Assembly (NCBI GenBank): GCA_963702895.1
Contig: OY969767.1
Span: forward strand, 1,600,001 to 1,664,000
Reading direction: 5' to 3'
Length of the DNA: 64,000 nucleotides
DNA from: an uncultured Elusimicrobia bacterium
GTDB lineage: Bacteria; Elusimicrobiota; Elusimicrobia; 2-01-FULL-59-12
Under the pieces are notes generated by a model that had not been told where the DNA came from, searched no databases, and saw nothing but the letters and a program-made list of their open reading frames with translations. Below are positions 52,358 through 63,913 of this stretch, one piece after another; positions within the stretch are counted from its first letter, which is position 1; the number at the start of each line of letters is the position of its first letter. Made by a program: the position numbers and the translations under genes.

Positions 52358-52793
52358 AGCGCGGTCGCCAGACTTTTGGCGACAGGTCGCCGGTTCATCC
52401 GCCACACAACGGGCGGATGCCCGACTGTAGTGTGTCGGGCAAATCCGGCCGCCCCGAGTTTTTTTCGGGGCCGGGTTCCGCGCCACTACGTCGCTGGCGC
52501 GCCCGCCAGGATGTAGTGGCGGGAAATCCCGGCGCCCCGACCCAGTAGCGACAAAATAGCGCGGTCGCCAGGTGTCTGGCGACAGGTCGCCGGTTCATCC
52601 GCCACACATCGGGCGGATGCCCGATCGTAGTGTGTCGGGCAAATTCGGTCGCCCCGAGCCAGTTGATGGTGCGGTACCGGGTTCATCCGCCAGACAACCG
52701 GCGGATGCCCGCCTGACGTGTGGCGGGCAAATCCCGCCCGCCACTAAAACACGGCGGGCGCCCGCTGCGGTGCAGTAGCGGGCGGCGCCCCGA
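52358..52793 (+). repeat. Array of four tRNA-Pro 3'-half copies, each with a twin hairpin in the T-loop
   Basis: GGTTC[44-45 nt]AAAT...CGCCCCGA at inserts 52397-52440, 52479-52523, 52597-52640, 52685-52728, plus a further insert at 52736-52783. Confidence 0.85.
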
Positions 52794-52878
52794 GCCATGG
52801 GGTAAATTTGATTATCGTCCCCGTAGTACAATGCCCGCCACATGTGCCGAGGCGGAGAGCTGTCTATGGGCCGTTATC

Positions 52879-52950
52879 GCGCCCTTAGCTCAATGGATAG
52901 AGCAGTAGCCTTCTAAGCTACTGATAGAGGTTCGATTCCTCTAGGGCGCA
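52879..52950 (+). tRNA. tRNA-Arg(TCT)
   Basis: GCGCCCT acceptor; anticodon arm GTAGC-CTTCTAA-GCTAC. Confidence 0.95.
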
Positions 52951-52959
52951 AATTTATAG

Positions 52960-53181
52960 AGGATCTGAAGGATAACCGATAAGGACCCCCAGGCCCGGTT
53001 GAAGGAACATCATGAAGGTGTTACTCGATCGGCTCGTCCTTATATACCCTTTGAATTAGTCTATACTCAACACTTTGAAGATGCTGCCTTGGCCCGGAAG
53101 CGAGAGAAAATCTTTAAGATTGGAAAGGGAAGGCAGATCTTAAAGAGCATTTGGCGTGAGCATCATTTTCTGGGCCGTTAG
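52960..53181 (+). pseudogene. GIY-YIG nuclease remnant (GIY/YIG motif region deleted)
   Basis: DPQARLKEHHEGVTRSARPYIPFELVYTQHF...ARKREKIFKIGKGR matches the C-terminal two-thirds of short stand-alone GIY-YIG proteins; LKDNR remnant upstream in another frame. Confidence 0.75.
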
Positions 53182-53244
53182 CTCAATTGGTAGAGCATTC
53201 GCCTCTTAAGCGACAGGTTGCCGGTTCGATTCCGGCACGGCCCA
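53172..53244 (+). tRNA. tRNA-Lys(CTT)
   Basis: GGGCCGT acceptor; anticodon loop CTCTTAA; T-arm GCCGG-TTCGATT-CCGGC. Confidence 0.95.
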
Positions 53245-53251
53245 CATTTAC

Positions 53252-53362
53252 AGCAGAGCAGAGAGCAGAGAGCAGAAATACGGCAAACATCTTTTATAGA
53301 ACGGCCGACTCTTGGAGGCCGACCTTTTCTCTGATTTCTGCTCTCTGATCTCTCATTTGCCG
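53252..53362. repeat. Heptamer (AGCAGAG) imperfect hairpin
   Basis: AGCAGAGCAGAGAGCAGAGAGCAGAAAT ... ATTTCTGCTCTCTGATCTCT. Confidence 0.65.
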
Positions 53363-53368
53363 TTCTTG

Positions 53369-53465
53369 GCGCCCTTAGCTCAATTGGATAGAGCATCTGC
53401 CTTCCCCGCCACTGAGGCGTTGGCGGGTCCGCCAAAGCCATAGTGGCGGAGGAGCAGAGGGTTGG
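53369..53465 (+). pseudogene. 5'-two-thirds copy of a tRNA-Arg(TCG) with a 46-nt twin hairpin in the anticodon
   Basis: GCGCCCTTAGCTCAATTGGATAGAGCATCTGCCTTC[53405-53450]GGAGCAGAGGGTT; no T-arm or acceptor 3' strand. Confidence 0.8.
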
Positions 53466-53475
53466 ATCGTTTTGA

Positions 53476-53547
53476 GCGCCCTTAGCTCAACGGATAGAGT
53501 ATCGGTCTTCGGAACCGATGATGAGGGTTCGAGTCCCCCAGGGCGCA
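53476..53547 (+). tRNA. tRNA-Arg(TCG)
   Basis: GCGCCCT acceptor; anticodon arm TCGGT-CTTCGGA-ACCGA; one T-stem mismatch. Confidence 0.9.
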
Positions 53548-53553
53548 ATTTGT

Positions 53554-53628
53554 GGACCGGTGGCGCCCGCCACTACACCATGGCGGGCGTCCGCCAAGGT
53601 TTAGTGGCGGACGGAATTGGCAGACGCG
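53554..53628 (+). pseudogene. 5'-fragment copy of tRNA-Leu with a twin hairpin in the D-arm
   Basis: GGACCGGTGGCG[53566-53613]GAATTGGCAGACGCG. Confidence 0.8.
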
Positions 53629-53684
53629 TCCCGATCCTCGATATGGTTATTGTCGGGACGTACCGACCGATGAAGCTCGTGCCT

Positions 53685-53767
53685 GGACCGGTGGCGGAAT
53701 GGCAGACGCGCAAGGCTTAGGACCTTGTGCCCGCAAGGGTATGCGAGTTCGACTCTCGCCCGGTCCA
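53685..53767 (+). tRNA. tRNA-Leu(TAG)
   Basis: GGACCGG acceptor; anticodon arm CAAGG-CTTAGGA-CCTTG; long variable arm. Confidence 0.96.
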
Positions 53768-53793
53768 AGCACGAACTAATGCCGAGGACGGGA

Positions 53794-53985
53794 CAGACGC
53801 GCAAGGCTTACCTTCGCCTCCTGTATTTTAAGGATGCGATGGCCATCGATAAAACGATCGGCATTCGGCCGATCGTATCGTTGGGGACCTTGTGCCCCAC
53901 TTACGACTGTGGGGCCTGCGCGTTATAGGGAATTGAGGAAGCGCGGGCCCGCAAGGGCTTGCGAGTTCAACTCTCGCCCGGTCCA
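53794..53985 (+). pseudogene. 3'-three-quarters copy of tRNA-Leu(TAG) with inserts in the anticodon and variable arm
   Basis: CAGACGCGCAAGGCTTA[53811-53884]GGACCTTGTGCCC[insert]GCAAGGGCTTGCGAGTTCAACTCTCGCCCGGTCCA. Confidence 0.8.
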
Positions 53986-54031
53986 TTGGGTATTGTTCAC
54001 TCATTTACTGAATACAGCATGAAGGGATTTT

Positions 54032-55330
54032 ATGGAAACATTGGAAAAGCCGTTAACCACTAAAGTTAAAATCATCAAGGAAGAGGAGTGCGTTATCACG
54101 CTTTCTGTCGAGCTTCCCAAGGAGGAGGTCGCCCAAGAGCTGGAACATGTGTTTCAGAAGATCCAGTCACGCGCTTCCCTCCCGGGCTTTCGCGTCGGCA
54201 AGGCGCCGCTCGAGCTGGTCCGCAAGAGCTTCGCGGACCGGGCGCGCCAATCGATGCTCGAAGACCTGATCAGCCGGGCCTCAACCCAGGTCATTCGTGA
54301 GAAAAAGCTGGAAGCCATCGACACTCCGCGTGTCGAAAAGCTGGAGTATGATCTCGGCAAACCTTTGCTTTTCCACCTGCGCGTTGAAAAAGACCCAGTC
54401 GTGAAAGTCAAAGATTACAAGGGCATCAAGGTGAACAAGCCCTCCACGGCCCTGACCGAAGAGGAACTCTCCAAAACCATGGATGAGGTCCGCGAGCGCA
54501 ACGCCTCTCTGGTGGCCTCCACCGCACAGGTGGTCGGCAAATCCCATTTTGCCGTCATCGATTTCGAAGGAAAGATTGATGGCAAGCCTTTCCCGGGCGG
54601 CTCGGCGAAAAACTATCTCTTGGACATGAACCAGCCCCAGACGATCGCTGGGTTTAGCGAAGGGATCCTGGGAACCGAAGTGGGCAAGGAATGTTCCATC
54701 CAAGTCCGATTCCCAACGGACTACGCTCAGAAGCAGTGGGCGGGCAAAGAAGCCGTCTTTCAAGTGAAAGTCAATGAAATCAAAGAGAAAAAGCTGCCTC
54801 AACTCGATGATGATTTCGCCAAGGACCTGGGGCTGAGTTCGCTCGAGGAGCTCAAAAAGAAAGTCGAAGAGAATCTGCAAAAGGAAAAAGACGCGAAAGC
54901 GAAAAAAGAAGAGGAAGAGCAGCTTTTCCAAGCGCTTTTGGACAACCACAAGTTCGCCATTCCTCAGACGCTCATCGAAGAGCGCACGCAGACCCTGGCG
55001 AAGCGCATGCTCACAAATCTTCAAAGGCAAGGACTCATAGCCCAGGGCGATCAGCAGGCGGAGTCGACCGTTCGCGAGAAATGCCGGCCACAAGCGGAGC
55101 GCGATGTCCGACTCTCCTATATTCTGAAGGCGATCGCACAACAAGAAAAGCTAGAAGCCGGCCAGCCGGACGTCGAGGAGCTCAAAAAGAAGGCCTTGGC
55201 CGAGACCAAGGACAAGCCGGAGAACGTTGACAAATACTTCCAGGAGCGCGATTTGGCGATCCGGGCGTCTTTGACCGAAACAAAAGTGCTTGATTTTTTG
55301 AAAAAAAACGCCAAAATTAAGTCTAAGTAG
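54032..55330 (+). CDS. tig: Trigger factor
   Basis: [26 protein letters not shown]...[11 protein letters not shown]. Confidence 0.95.
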   Translation: METLEKPLTTKVKIIKEEECVITLSVELPKEEVAQELEHVFQKIQSRASLPGFRVGKAPLELVRKSFADRARQSMLEDLISRASTQVIREKKLEAIDTPRVEKLEYDLGKPLLFHLRVEKDPVVKVKDYKGIKVNKPSTALTEEELSKTMDEVRERNASLVASTAQVVGKSHFAVIDFEGKIDGKPFPGGSAKNYLLDMNQPQTIAGFSEGILGTEVGKECSIQVRFPTDYAQKQWAGKEAVFQVKVNEIKEKKLPQLDDDFAKDLGLSSLEELKKKVEENLQKEKDAKAKKEEEEQLFQALLDNHKFAIPQTLIEERTQTLAKRMLTNLQRQGLIAQGDQQAESTVREKCRPQAERDVRLSYILKAIAQQEKLEAGQPDVEELKKKALAETKDKPENVDKYFQERDLAIRASLTETKVLDFLKKNAKIKSK

Positions 55331-55353
55331 ATAGCAAGAGAGGAGCCTTACAC

Positions 55354-55962
55354 ATGGTTTCAATGATTCCCACCGTACTGGAGCGGGTAAGCCAAGGCAA
55401 TCTGGTCGGCTATGACATCTTTTCCCGACTCCTGAAAGACCGCATCATTTTCGTCGGCGGCTATGAAGGGACGGTCACGACCGATTCCGCCAATCTCATC
55501 ATCGCGCAGCTTCTGTATCTGGAAGCCGATGACCCGGAAAAAGAGATCAATCTCTACATCAATTCCCCCGGCGGCATGGTCAGCGCAGGGCTTGCCGTCT
55601 ATGACACCATGCAGTACATCCGCTGCCCGATTACGACCATTTGCATGGGAATGGCTATGTCGTTTGGGGCCGTCCTGTTATGCGCGGGCTCGAAAGGGAA
55701 GCGCTTTGCGCTCCCTCATTCGCGCATCATGATCCACCAGCCGCTCATTTCGGGTGGTGGGATTTCCGGGCAGGCCACGGAGATTGAGATTGAGGCCAAG
55801 GAAATTGTCGATACCAAGAGGCGCCTCAATGAAATCATCGCTAAACACACGGGCCAAACGGTGGACAAGATCGCACGGGATTCGGAGCGCAACTTCTACC
55901 TGTCCGCGGAAGAGGCCAAAATTTATGGCATCATTGATGAAGTGATTGTGAGAAAAAAGTGA
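55354..55962 (+). CDS. clpP: ATP-dependent Clp protease proteolytic subunit
   Basis: [32 protein letters not shown]. Confidence 0.97.
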   Translation: MVSMIPTVLERVSQGNLVGYDIFSRLLKDRIIFVGGYEGTVTTDSANLIIAQLLYLEADDPEKEINLYINSPGGMVSAGLAVYDTMQYIRCPITTICMGMAMSFGAVLLCAGSKGKRFALPHSRIMIHQPLISGGGISGQATEIEIEAKEIVDTKRRLNEIIAKHTGQTVDKIARDSERNFYLSAEEAKIYGIIDEVIVRKK

Positions 55963-56048
55963 CCCCTTCGACTCGTCTCTCTTCGATCGCCGGCGCTCAG
56001 GGTCATGGTGAGCGAAGGCCGCACCCGCGGCCGGAGTCGAAGCCATGA
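55960..56048. repeat. REP-like element filling the clpP-clpX gap
   Basis: TGACCCCTTCGACTC...CGCTCAGGGTCATGGTGAGCG...GAGTCGAAGCCATGA; overlaps the clpP stop and the clpX start. Confidence 0.6.
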
Positions 56049-57299
56049 GCCTGCCCCCCCCACGCGACCCTAAAGACCTTTTTCACTGCATCTTCTGTGG
56101 GAAGGGTAAGCGTGAGGGCTTGCGCCTCATCGGCGGTCAAGGGATTTACGTCTGCGAAGAGTGCATCCGCAACTCCTTTCAGCTGCTCAATAAGATCACC
56201 GAAGAAGACGAGCGCCGCACCCCCAAATCAGTCCCGAAACCTGCCGAGATCAAGAGCGTCCTGGATGAATATGTGGTCGGGCAAGAGCGCGCCAAGCGCA
56301 TCCTTTCGGTCGCCGTTTACAACCATTACCGAAGGATCGACACCGCCTCGCAGCAGATCTATCCCAACGATGTGGAACTGCAAAAATCCAACATCCTTCT
56401 GATCGGCCCGACCGGCACGGGCAAAACACTGCTCGCTCAAACCCTCGCGAGGCTTTTGCACGTGCCTTTTGCGATCGCGGACGCCACGACCCTCACCGAA
56501 GCGGGCTATGTGGGGGAAGACGTGGAAAATATCATCCTCCGTCTTTTGCAAAACGCCAACTATGACGTCAAACGCGCGGAGCGCGGGATTGTGTATATCG
56601 ATGAAATTGACAAGATTTCCCGCAAAACGGATTCCCCCTCCATCACCCGTGACGTCTCCGGCGAGGGCGTTCAGCAGGCCCTCTTAAAGATTTTGGAAGG
56701 GACCGTCGCCTCTGTACCACCCCAAGGAGGCCGGAAGCACCCTCAGCAGGAATATATCCAGGTCAACACCACCAACATCCTCTTTATCTGCGGTGGCGCC
56801 TTCGAAGGCCTGGGCAAGCTGATTGAGTCGCGCGTGGGCAAACGCGGCCTCGGTTTTGGTGCCGACATCCGCCCGAAACAGGAGCTCAAGATTGGTGATG
56901 TACTCAAACACGTGACACCTCAAGATTTAATTCGCTCCGGCATGATCCCAGAGCTCATTGGCCGTCTTCCCATCATCGCGACGCTGGACGATTTGGATGA
57001 AGATACGCTCGTGCGGATTCTCACCACGCCGAAGAACGCCTTGATTAAACAGTTTGTGAAGATGTTCAGCCTGGAAGGTGTGGAGCTGGACGTCCGGCCG
57101 GAAGCGCTCCACGCGATTTCACAGTTGGCGCTCAAGCGGGGTTCCGGCGCCCGTGGCCTGCGCGCTATTATTGAAGAAGTGCTGCTCGACGTGATGTACG
57201 AGCTGCCCGAACAGCAGAATTTGTTGCGTTGCACCGTGGATGACAAAGTGATCAACAGGGTTTACCCGCCCATCCTGCAGTACAAGGAAGAAAAGAAGA

Positions 57300-57307
<8 letters not shown>
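56045..57307 (+). CDS. clpX: ATP-dependent Clp protease ATP-binding subunit ClpX
   Basis: C4 zinc finger, [35 protein letters not shown]. Confidence 0.97.
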
Positions 57308-59617
<2,310 letters not shown>

Positions 59618-59621
<4 letters not shown>

Positions 59622-60805
59622 AAAAACATTTTCTTCTGACCCCTGGACCGACACCTATCCCACCGGAAGTTTCTTCCAAAGAAGGCCTTCCGGTTATGCA
59701 CCACCGAACGTCTGAATTCAGCGCGATCTTTCAGGAAGTCATTGATAACCTGAAGTATGCCTTTCAGACCAAGAACGATGTGTTCCTGATCGCCAGCTCT
59801 GGCACGGGGGCTCTGGAATCCGCGGTCTGCAACCTGCTTTCTCCTGGCGACACCGCCATCGTGGCTTCTTGCGGCGTATTCGGCGACCGGTTCATTAAAA
59901 TGATTGAAGTCTACGGCGCCAAACCGATCGTCCTTCGAGAACCTGACGGGCAGGCCGTCGTCCCCGCTAAAATTGAGGAAACTCTTAAGAAAAACCCCCA
60001 TGTCAAAGCCGTTTTTGCGACGCATACAGAAACTTCCACCGGGGTCGCCAACGACATCGCGGCCATCGGCAAGATAGTGGCCAAGACCGCTGCGGTCTTC
60101 GTCGTCGATGCCGTTTCGGGGCTCGTAGGACAAGAGCTCCGGACGGACGAGTGGCAGGTGGATGTGGTCTGTACGGGTTCCCAGAAGGGGCTCATGACCG
60201 CGCCTGGACTTGGCATGGTCTGCGTATCGGCGAAAGCTTGGCCTCTGGTCGAAGCCGCGAAAAGCCCACGGTTTTATTTCGATTGGCGGAAGATGAAAAA
60301 ATCCGTGGCGGAAAAACAGACGCCGTTCACCCCTCCCGTCACGGTGATCACCGCACAGGCGGAAGCGCTGCGGCAGATCCGGCAGGAAGGGCTGGACAAC
60401 ATCTTGGCACGCCATGCCTGGCTGGCCGCCGCCACACGCGACGCTGTGCAAGCCCTGGGACTCAAACTTTTTGCGCAAACACCATGCAACGTGCTGACGT
60501 CAATCACCGTCCCCGCTGGAATCGATGGGAAGGCGATCGTCAAACGCATGCGTGAGAACTATGGCGTCTCCATTGCCGGCGGACAAGGCGAGCTTGTGGG
60601 CAAAATCGTCCGGATCGCCCATATGGGCTATATGGAGCGCTTCGACGTGATTATCGGCATCTCCGCCCTTGAAATGATGCTGCACGAGTTAGGCTACCCG
60701 GTGGAGCTTGGAAAGGGTGTCGCGGCCGCTGAGCGATCCTTTCTTTCCAGATCCAAAACGGCGCAGCCAGCGATACCCTCTACTGTTCCTGCAGGCGCGA
60801 GGTAA
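59618..60805 (+). CDS. Class V PLP aminotransferase (alanine-glyoxylate/serine-pyruvate family; probable phosphoserine aminotransferase role next to serA)
   Basis: LTPGPT, HTETSTG, VDAVS, GSQKG, RIAHMG. Confidence 0.88.
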
Positions 60806-60809
60806 TCCT

Positions 60810-62399
60810 ATGTTTAAGATACTCATTGCCGACCCTATCAGTGATTCCGGAATGACCGTGTTTCAAAGCCAGAACGGCCAGTTCCAACTGGATGTCAAGA
60901 CCAAGCTGGCCCCCGAGGACCTCAAGAAAGCCGCGGCTGAGGCCGATGCCATCATCGTGCGCAGCGAAACACGCATTACCGCCGACATCCTGAGCGCCTG
61001 CAAGAAAGTGAAGATCGTCGGCCGGGCAGGGGTGGGCGTGGACAATATCGACGTGGCGGCGGCAAGCAAGCAGGGCGTGATTGTCGTCAATGTTCCAGGC
61101 GGCAACACCATTTCAGCCGCTGAGCACACGGTCGCGATGCTCTTGGCACTCTCCCGCAACATCCCGCAGGCCAACGCCAGTCTAAAATCAGGGGAGTGGA
61201 AGAGATCTCAATTTACAGGCACAGAACTTCAGGGAAAGGTCCTGGGGCTCATTGGTATGGGACGTATCGGGCGCGAAGTCTCCAAGCGCTGCCAGAGCTT
61301 TGGCATGTCCGTCCTGGGCTATGACCCTTACGCCTCCGAGGAGTACGCGGCCAACCTTCAGATCAAACTCTCCTCTCTCGACGAGATTTACGCGGCCGCG
61401 GACTACATCACGGTCCATGTCCCCCTCAATGAGACCACCCGGCACATGCTCAACGCGAAGACCCTCAAGAAGCTCAAGGCCGGGGTGCGCCTGATCAACT
61501 GCGCGCGGGGCGGCATTGTCGATGAGAAAGCGCTGGCGGAAGCCATCACCTCCGGCCACGTGAAAGGGGCCGCCCTCGATGTTTTCGAAGAGGAGCCTCC
61601 CAAGAAAGACAACCCTCTCTTCGCGCTTCCCAACGTCATTGTGACGCCGCACCTGGGAGCCTCCACCGAAGAAGCGCAGGTCAAAGTGGCCCAGGAACTG
61701 GCGGAAACGTTGCGGGATTTCTTCCTCACCGGCGCAGTCCGCAATGCCGTCAACCTGCCGGCGCTCGACGCAGAACAATACAGAGAGCTCGAGCCCTATC
61801 TCATCTTGTGCGAAAAGCTCGGAAAACTTGTGACGCAGTTGTCGGAAGGGGCGACACGGGAGCTCAAAATTCAATACGCGGGAGAAATCAGCTCAAAGAA
61901 CACCACCCCGCTCACGCTGGCGGTGCTCAAAGGGTTCCTCACCCCTATTTTGGGCAGCGAAGTCAACGTTGTCAACGCCCCCCATCTGGCCAAAGAGCGC
62001 GATGTGCATTGGACCGAGACCAAGACAAGCCAGACCGCGGATTATACGAACCTGATCACGCTCAAGACCGCGTCCAAGACGAGTAAGATGTCTGTCTCCG
62101 GAACCCTTCTGGCCAAGAATAGTCCACGGATCGTGGGCATTGATGGCTTGTCAGTGGACGTGATCCCGGAAGGCCCGATGGTGATCTATACCAATATCGA
62201 TAAGCCCGGGGTCATTGGTTACGTCGGGACGGTCCTCGGCAATAGCCACATCAACATCGCCGCCATGCAAGTGGGACGAAAAGGGAAAAGTGGGGAAGCG
62301 GTCACCGTCGTCAATGTGGATACCGATGTCCCGGACGCGGTCCTCAAGCAAATCCGGGAATTTCAGGGCATTACCCAGGTCAAAAGCGTAAAACTCTAG
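60810..62399 (+). CDS. serA: D-3-phosphoglycerate dehydrogenase
   Basis: GRAGVGVDN, GMGRIG, NCARGG, TPHLGAST.EAQ, C-terminal ACT domain. Confidence 0.96.
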   Translation: MFKILIADPISDSGMTVFQSQNGQFQLDVKTKLAPEDLKKAAAEADAIIVRSETRITADILSACKKVKIVGRAGVGVDNIDVAAASKQGVIVVNVPGGNTISAAEHTVAMLLALSRNIPQANASLKSGEWKRSQFTGTELQGKVLGLIGMGRIGREVSKRCQSFGMSVLGYDPYASEEYAANLQIKLSSLDEIYAAADYITVHVPLNETTRHMLNAKTLKKLKAGVRLINCARGGIVDEKALAEAITSGHVKGAALDVFEEEPPKKDNPLFALPNVIVTPHLGASTEEAQVKVAQELAETLRDFFLTGAVRNAVNLPALDAEQYRELEPYLILCEKLGKLVTQLSEGATRELKIQYAGEISSKNTTPLTLAVLKGFLTPILGSEVNVVNAPHLAKERDVHWTETKTSQTADYTNLITLKTASKTSKMSVSGTLLAKNSPRIVGIDGLSVDVIPEGPMVIYTNIDKPGVIGYVGTVLGNSHINIAAMQVGRKGKSGEAVTVVNVDTDVPDAVLKQIREFQGITQVKSVKL

Positions 62400-62415
62400 G
62401 AGATCCCCCGCTCCG

Positions 62416-63159
62416 ATGCCAGAAGTTTTCGCCGCCCAACTCGAGAACGTCAGCAAAGTCTATCGCCGCAGCCATCTCGGCAGACTCACCCTGACCCCCG
62501 GCGTTGAAAATCTGTCGCTTGAGCTCCGCGAAGGAGAAGTGTTCGGTCTGCTCGGTTTAAACGGCGCGGGTAAAACAACCACCATCAAGCTGCTTTTAGG
62601 TCTTCTTTTCCCCAATCAGGGGCGCGTTCGTCTCTTTGGTCAGGACCTTCCGAACCTGGCCATCATGAACCACGTGGGCTACCTACCGGAAATCCCGAAT
62701 TTTTATAAATATCTCACGATTACGGAACTCCTCGGCCTTTATGCCACTCTCTCGGACCTCCCCCGGCGAACTCTTGAGGAGAGAATTCCGGACGTGATCA
62801 AACGGGTGGGGCTTCTGCCGCATATCCAAAAGCACCTTCGGGAGTACTCCAAGGGCATGCTCCAGCGCGCGGGACTCGCCCAGGCGCTTCTCCACGACCC
62901 CAAGCTGCTGCTGCTTGACGAGCCGGTGAGCGGGCTCGATCCGCTCGGGCTCAAGGAATTGCGCCAACTCCTGCTTGACCTGAACCAACAGGGGAAGACC
63001 ATCTTTTTCTCGTCCCACATTATCTCCGAAGCCGAGAAGCTCTGTCACCGCGTGGGGGTTCTTCACCAGGGGCGGCTCGTCGGCATCATTGAGAAAGCGG
63101 AATGGGAACATTCGCCCGGGCAGCTTGAGAAAAGGTTCTTAGAGGTCATTCATGCGTAA
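62416..63159 (+). CDS. ABC transporter ATP-binding protein (PilH-like exporter)
   Basis: GLNGAGKTT, YSKGMLQR, LDEPVSGLDP. Confidence 0.92.
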   Translation: MPEVFAAQLENVSKVYRRSHLGRLTLTPGVENLSLELREGEVFGLLGLNGAGKTTTIKLLLGLLFPNQGRVRLFGQDLPNLAIMNHVGYLPEIPNFYKYLTITELLGLYATLSDLPRRTLEERIPDVIKRVGLLPHIQKHLREYSKGMLQRAGLAQALLHDPKLLLLDEPVSGLDPLGLKELRQLLLDLNQQGKTIFFSSHIISEAEKLCHRVGVLHQGRLVGIIEKAEWEHSPGQLEKRFLEVIHA

Positions 63160-63913
63160 GGTCCTGGGGATCGCGCGCTACACCTTTATCGAGATTTTGC
63201 GCAACCGCATTTGGTACGTGCTGATCTTGTTTTCGGGCATCCTCATTCTCTCGACGCTTTTGCTGGGGGATATGGCAGGAGAGCTCAGAACACGGGTGAT
63301 TTCAGATTTGGGCCTGGCCGTCATTGAAATGATCGCGCTTCTGAGCACGGTCTTTGCGGCCGTAACGCTCGTTCTCGAAGAGATGGAAGCGCGCACGCTC
63401 TATCTCATTCTCACCAGGCCCGTGGCGCGCCTGTCGTTCATCCTGGGTCGATTTCTGGGGCTCTTGAGCATCATGAGCTGCGCGTTTCTCGTGATGTCCG
63501 TCGCGCACGGCGCGTTGCTCACCCTGGCTCATGGTGCCGTGGACCGTCATTACGTCCTGAGCCTCCTCTTCTCCTGGGAGAAAATCATGGTCATTACGGC
63601 CGTCGCGCTTGTCTTTTCTCTTTTTTCGACCTCGACCGCCTCCGCCGCGACGTTTACTTTTTTCTTTTGGATCATGGGTCATTTCAGCACGGAAATCTTG
63701 TTTTTGGCCAAGAAGACCTCCAAGCCCATGGTGCTCGTGCTCTGTAAGCTGTTCTATTACGTCTTCCCCAATTTCCAAACCATGAATATCCGGGACATCC
63801 CCCCCGAGATTTACTCCGCTCGCTGGCTCTGGACCGCGGGCGGTTACGGTTTGCTCTATACGATGGCCTGCCTCTTTTTGACTGCTCTTCTCTTCAGAAA
63901 GAAGGAATTCTAA
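63152..63913 (+). CDS. ABC-2 type transporter permease (PilI-like)
   Basis: IARYTF.E..R, E.RTLYLILTRPV.R..FILGRF, multiple TMs, ends FRKKEF. Confidence 0.88.
   Translation: MRKVLGIARYTFIEILRNRIWYVLILFSGILILSTLLLGDMAGELRTRVISDLGLAVIEMIALLSTVFAAVTLVLEEMEARTLYLILTRPVARLSFILGRFLGLLSIMSCAFLVMSVAHGALLTLAHGAVDRHYVLSLLFSWEKIMVITAVALVFSLFSTSTASAATFTFFFWIMGHFSTEILFLAKKTSKPMVLVLCKLFYYVFPNFQTMNIRDIPPEIYSARWLWTAGGYGLLYTMACLFLTALLFRKKEF

Noticed and set aside
52358..52793. CRISPR array or intact extra tRNA genes
   Set aside because: The constant parts are tRNA-Pro 3' halves without a 5' acceptor strand, and the variable parts are related hairpins, not unique spacers.
53405..53450. Group I or archaeal-type tRNA intron
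   Set aside because: Only 46 nt, no recognisable catalytic core or bulge-helix-bulge, and the host copy lacks its 3' third.
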